Assembly: GCF_014251775.1 (NCBI RefSeq) | Contig: NZ_CP059199.1 | Location: forward strand, 420,001-452,000 | DNA: 32,000 nt | Direction: 5' to 3' | Source: Candidatus Saccharimonadota bacterium | Lineage (GTDB): Bacteria; Bacteroidota; Bacteroidia; Flavobacteriales; Blattabacteriaceae | Shown here: positions 28,945 through 32,000 of the stretch, one piece after another | How the letters are laid out: every line of letters starts with the position of its first letter | How positions within the stretch are numbered: the stretch's first letter is position 1 | Position numbers and translations under genes: made by a program | Notes under the pieces: generated by a model | What the model was told of the DNA's origin: nothing | The model's input: only the letters and a program-made list of their open reading frames with translations | The model's database searches: none

Positions 28945-29275
28945 GTAAAAATTTTTTTTTCTTTAGAAGATCCTCCTTAGTTTCTATATTTTTTAAATCT
29001 TTCACACAGCAATTGACAGGACATATTATAACACATTGTGGTTCACTAAAAAAACCAATACATTCTGTACATTTTTCAGAAACAATAAAATAAATATCTT
29101 CATTTTTTGGATTTTGTGAAATTGTAGGATCTAAATTAATACTTAATTTTTTATTTGTTAAAGTGGTGCCATCAGCCATTTTCCATTTTTTTCCACCTTC
29201 ATAAATTGCATTATTAGGACATTCTGGTTCACAGGCTCCACAATTAATACAATTAGTTGTAATTTTTATAGACAT
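28937..29275 (-). CDS. 4Fe-4S dicluster ferredoxin
   Basis: 112 aa with two cluster motifs: CINCGACEPECP and C..C...(F)SEPQCVIICP. Confidence 0.88.
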   Translation of the reverse strand: MSIKITTNCINCGACEPECPNNAIYEGGKKWKMADGTTLTNKKLSINLDPTISQNPKNEDIYFIVSEKCTECIGFFSEPQCVIICPVNCCVKDLKNIETKEDLLKKKKFLHG

Positions 29276-29278
29276 AAT

Positions 29279-30307
29279 TTAATAATGTTTTATAATTAAT
29301 TTATCTATATCATTAATTATTATTTCTTTATAAAAAGATCCATTTATATTAGGCGCTTTTATTCCACTTTTTATAAAAATTTTGGAAATAAAAATTCTAC
29401 ATTCGTCCCATAAATTTTCTTTGATAAAACTTTCTAATATTTTTTTACCACCTTCGATAATTATCGATTGTATTTTTCTATTATATAAATGTTTTAATAC
29501 ATAAAATAACATATCTTTATTAAAATTAATTTTTATATATTCTATATTATTGTTTTTTTTTTTATGTATTTCATTAAATATAATAGTACGTTGACTGTTA
29601 TCTAATACAAAATAGTTATTAGGAATGTTTAAATTTTTATCTAATAATATTCTAATAGGATTATTTCCATACCATTTTCTTATATTTAATTTAGGATTAT
29701 CAATTAAAACTGTTCTTTTTCCTATTAAAATACTATCTTCTTCAGCCCTCCATTTATGATTTAATTGTCTTGAAAAAATATTACTAATCCAAATTTTTTT
29801 TTTTTCTTGTGATGTTATAAAACCATCATTATTTTGAGCCCATTTTAATATAATAAATGGACGATTTTTTTTATAAAAAGTAAAAAATCGTTTATTTAAA
29901 ATTTTACATTCATTTTCTAAATAATTATTTATAACTAATATTCCAGACTTTCTTAATTTATCTATTCCTCTACCTTTAACCTTATTATAAGGGTCTTGTA
30001 CTCCTATTACTACTCTAGGTATATTATTTTTTATGATTAAATCAACACAAGGTGGTGTATTACCAATATGTACACATGGTTCTAACGTAACATAAAGAGT
30101 GGATTCTAACAATAAAAAACAATTTTTGATTTTATTAATTGCTATTACTTCTGCATGTGCTTCTCCATATTTATAATGCCAACCTTCTGAAAGAATTCTA
30201 CCTTTATGTTCAATTACACAACCCACCATGGGGTTAGGTGATACATTACCTAATCCATTTTTAGCTAGTTGAATAGCTCTTTCCATAAAAGATTTTTTAA
30301 TTTTCAT
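29279..30307 (-). CDS. ribD: bifunctional riboflavin biosynthesis protein RibD (deaminase/reductase)
   Basis: 342 aa. CMP/dCMP-type zinc deaminase motif (GEAHAEV...TLEPCVHIGNTPPC) followed by a reductase domain (RPFIILKWAQNNDGFI, IIEGGKKILESF). Confidence 0.93.
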   Translation of the reverse strand: MKIKKSFMERAIQLAKNGLGNVSPNPMVGCVIEHKGRILSEGWHYKYGEAHAEVIAINKIKNCFLLLESTLYVTLEPCVHIGNTPPCVDLIIKNNIPRVVIGVQDPYNKVKGRGIDKLRKSGILVINNYLENECKILNKRFFTFYKKNRPFIILKWAQNNDGFITSQEKKKIWISNIFSRQLNHKWRAEEDSILIGKRTVLIDNPKLNIRKWYGNNPIRILLDKNLNIPNNYFVLDNSQRTIIFNEIHKKKNNNIEYIKINFNKDMLFYVLKHLYNRKIQSIIIEGGKKILESFIKENLWDECRIFISKIFIKSGIKAPNINGSFYKEIIINDIDKLIIKHY

Positions 30308-30326
30308 TATTTCAAAAATAATTATT

Positions 30327-31097
30327 TTATGAATTCCATATTTTCCAAGAATATTCTGCTTGAATATATAACATATCTAATCCATTTTTAATTAGAGCAC
30401 CTTTTTTTTCACCTTGTTTTAAAAAAAGTGTTTTAGAAGGATTATATATAAGATCATAAAAAATATGATTATTAGATATATATTGATATGGAATTAATGG
30501 ACAACAATTTATATTAGGATGAGTACCTAAAGGGGTGCAATTAATAATTATTTTATATTCATCTAATATTTCTTTATTAATTTCGTTGTATAATAATACA
30601 TTATCTTCTATACTATTTCTGGATACAAATTTATGTTTTATATCTAATTTATGTAAAACATATGAAACTGTTTTTGAAGCACCACCAGTTCCTAATATTA
30701 ATGCTTTTAAATATTTATAATCTTTAATTATTCTAATAAATTTTTCAAAAGATTTTTTGAATCCTAAAATATCTGTATTATATCCTATTTTTTTATTTTT
30801 TTCTATGTTAATTACATTTATAGATCCAATTAATCTAGCCTCTTTATCAATTTTATCCAAAAAAGGAAAAATTTTTATTTTATAAGGAATAGTAACGTTA
30901 CAACCCCTTAAAAAGGGCTTATTTAAGATAGAAATAACGTCTTCTATTTTTGGAATATCAAAAATTATATAATCACAATTTTTGATAAATTCTTTTTTAA
31001 ATTTTTTTATAAAATATTCTCTTGAAAAAGAATATTGTATATTTCTTCCGATTAATCCAAATATAAATTTATTTTTTATAAATTCATTATTTTTCAT
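30327..31097 (-). CDS. aroE: shikimate 5-dehydrogenase
   Basis: 256 aa. FGLIG.NI.YS.S, NVTIPYK, IGSINVI, GYNTD, NADP-site GTGGASK. Confidence 0.9.
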   Translation of the reverse strand: MKNNEFIKNKFIFGLIGRNIQYSFSREYFIKKFKKEFIKNCDYIIFDIPKIEDVISILNKPFLRGCNVTIPYKIKIFPFLDKIDKEARLIGSINVINIEKNKKIGYNTDILGFKKSFEKFIRIIKDYKYLKALILGTGGASKTVSYVLHKLDIKHKFVSRNSIEDNVLLYNEINKEILDEYKIIINCTPLGTHPNINCCPLIPYQYISNNHIFYDLIYNPSKTLFLKQGEKKGALIKNGLDMLYIQAEYSWKIWNS

Positions 31098-31284
31098 CTT
31101 TCATTTTCATACGTTCTCTATGTATAGCTCTTAATATTTCGTTTCTTCTATATTCTGATGGTTTGACATATTGTTGTTTATCCCTAATCTCTTTTAAAAC
31201 ATGAGTTTTATCAAATTTTTTTTTACTTTTTTTTAAAGCTTTTTCAATAGATTCACCTTCTCTTAAAGTAGTAATTAATATCAT
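31087..31284 (-). CDS. rpsU: 30S ribosomal protein S21
   Basis: 65 aa, basic. ESIEKALKK.KKKFDKT.VLKEIR.KQ.Y.KPSE.RR is typical S21. The 3' end overlaps the aroE start by 11 nt. Confidence 0.93.
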   Translation of the reverse strand: MILITTLREGESIEKALKKSKKKFDKTHVLKEIRDKQQYVKPSEYRRNEILRAIHRERMKMKDEK

Positions 31285-31323
31285 ATTTTTAAAATCAAAA
31301 TAAATAAATAATAATTTATTATA

Positions 31324-31398
31324 TGGACATTATCGGATTTGAACCGACGACCTCTACCATGTCAAAGTAGTGCTCTAAACCTACTGAGCTAAATGTCC
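31324..31398 (-). tRNA. tRNA-Val (anticodon GAC)
   Basis: Minus strand: GGACATT-TA-GCTC-AGTAGGTTTA-GAGC-A-CTACT-TTGACAT-GGTAG-AGGTC-GTCGG-TTCAAAT-CCGAT-AATGTCC-A. 75 nt. Confidence 0.92.
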
Positions 31399-31447
31399 AA
31401 ATTTTACAACAAAAATAAGTATTTTTCTATAAAAAAAATTATTTATA

Positions 31448-32000
31448 ATGTCCTATAACAATATTTTACAAAAATCTTTAAAATATTTAAAAGGATTGAA
31501 TTCTAAGAAAAATTTTCTTCTTAAAAAAGAATTAAATCTTTATACATATGAAGATTTAATTCTTTTTTATCCAAAAGGATATCTTATAGTTTCTTTAAAA
31601 AGAATATCAGAATTATCTAATTATAACAATTCTTTTGTTCAAATAATAGGAAAAATAATAAAAATAAAAGAAATTATAAAAAAAAATAAAAAAGAAAAAA
31701 TACTAATAGCTTTATTAAAAGATAATACTGGATATATTGAGTTAGTATGGTTTAAAAAAATAAATATTTTAAAAAGTTTTAAAAAAAATATTATAGTAAC
31801 TGTTTTGGGAAGATTAACAAAATTTCAAGATAAAAATCAAATTATTCATCCAAAAATAAAAAAAATTAATTCTAAAGACAAAATTAATTCTATATATCCA
31901 ATCTATAAAATATCTGAAAATTTAAAAAAAAAAGGAATTAAAAATAATTTTATTAATAAATTAGTATATAATGCAATAAAAGAATTATTTAATAATAAAA
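31448..32000 (+). CDS. recG: ATP-dependent DNA helicase RecG (5' part; runs off the window end)
   Basis: Absent from the ORF track because it is open-ended. From the ATG at 31448 it reads MSYNNILQKSLKYLKGLNSKKNFLLKKELNLYTYEDLILFYPKGY...LKDNTGYIELVWFKK...IYPIYKISENLKKKGI with no stop to base 32000. This pattern matches the RecG N-terminal/wedge (OB-fold) region. Confidence 0.82.
   Translation, partial: MSYNNILQKSLKYLKGLNSKKNFLLKKELNLYTYEDLILFYPKGYLIVSLKRISELSNYNNSFVQIIGKIIKIKEIIKKNKKEKILIALLKDNTGYIELVWFKKINILKSFKKNIIVTVLGRLTKFQDKNQIIHPKIKKINSKDKINSIYPIYKISENLKKKGIKNNFINKLVYNAIKELFNNK

Overview
This is a very AT-rich, tightly packed bacterial chromosome segment made almost entirely of core housekeeping genes. 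Several traits suggest a reduced-genome Flavobacteriales (Bacteroidota) insect endosymbiont, most like Blattabacterium. These are K/N/I-rich proteins, a long type-2-like IleRS, a single cytochrome-b SdhC, no Shine-Dalgarno sequences, and retention of mutS, ung, recG, ribD, aroE and glmM. That assignment is inference and needs a database search. Layout: (1) minus strand, transcribed from high to low coordinates: ileS-lspA, tRNA-Thr/Tyr/Gly/Thr, tuf, tRNA-Trp, secE-nusG-rplK-rplA-rplJ-rplL-rpoB-rpoC (rpoC partial at the window start). (2) Plus strand: mutS, tRNA-Gly, tRNA-Leu. (3) guaB (-). (4) A 554-bp non-core gap (17033-17586) holding an orphan 96-codon ORF (+). (5) Minus strand, listed by ascending coordinate: rplS, glmM, dnaB, accA, sdhB, sdhA, sdhC, cysteine desulfurase. 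(6) lpdA (+). (7) Minus strand, ascending: ung, ferredoxin, ribD, aroE, rpsU, tRNA-Val. (8) recG (+, partial at the window end). I saw no mobile elements, CRISPR arrays, defence, toxin-antitoxin or secondary-metabolite loci, and I did not find a multi-gene novel system. The one real candidate for novelty is the orphan ORF at 17230-17520. It has a canonical lipoprotein signal peptide and lipobox followed by a strongly acidic, S/N/D/E/T-rich low-complexity tail, and it sits beside a bidirectional terminator-like hairpin. The other findings are low-interest structural notes: a perfect 27-nt palindrome, lost regulatory leaders, overlapping gene chains, and long in-frame poly(A) tracts.
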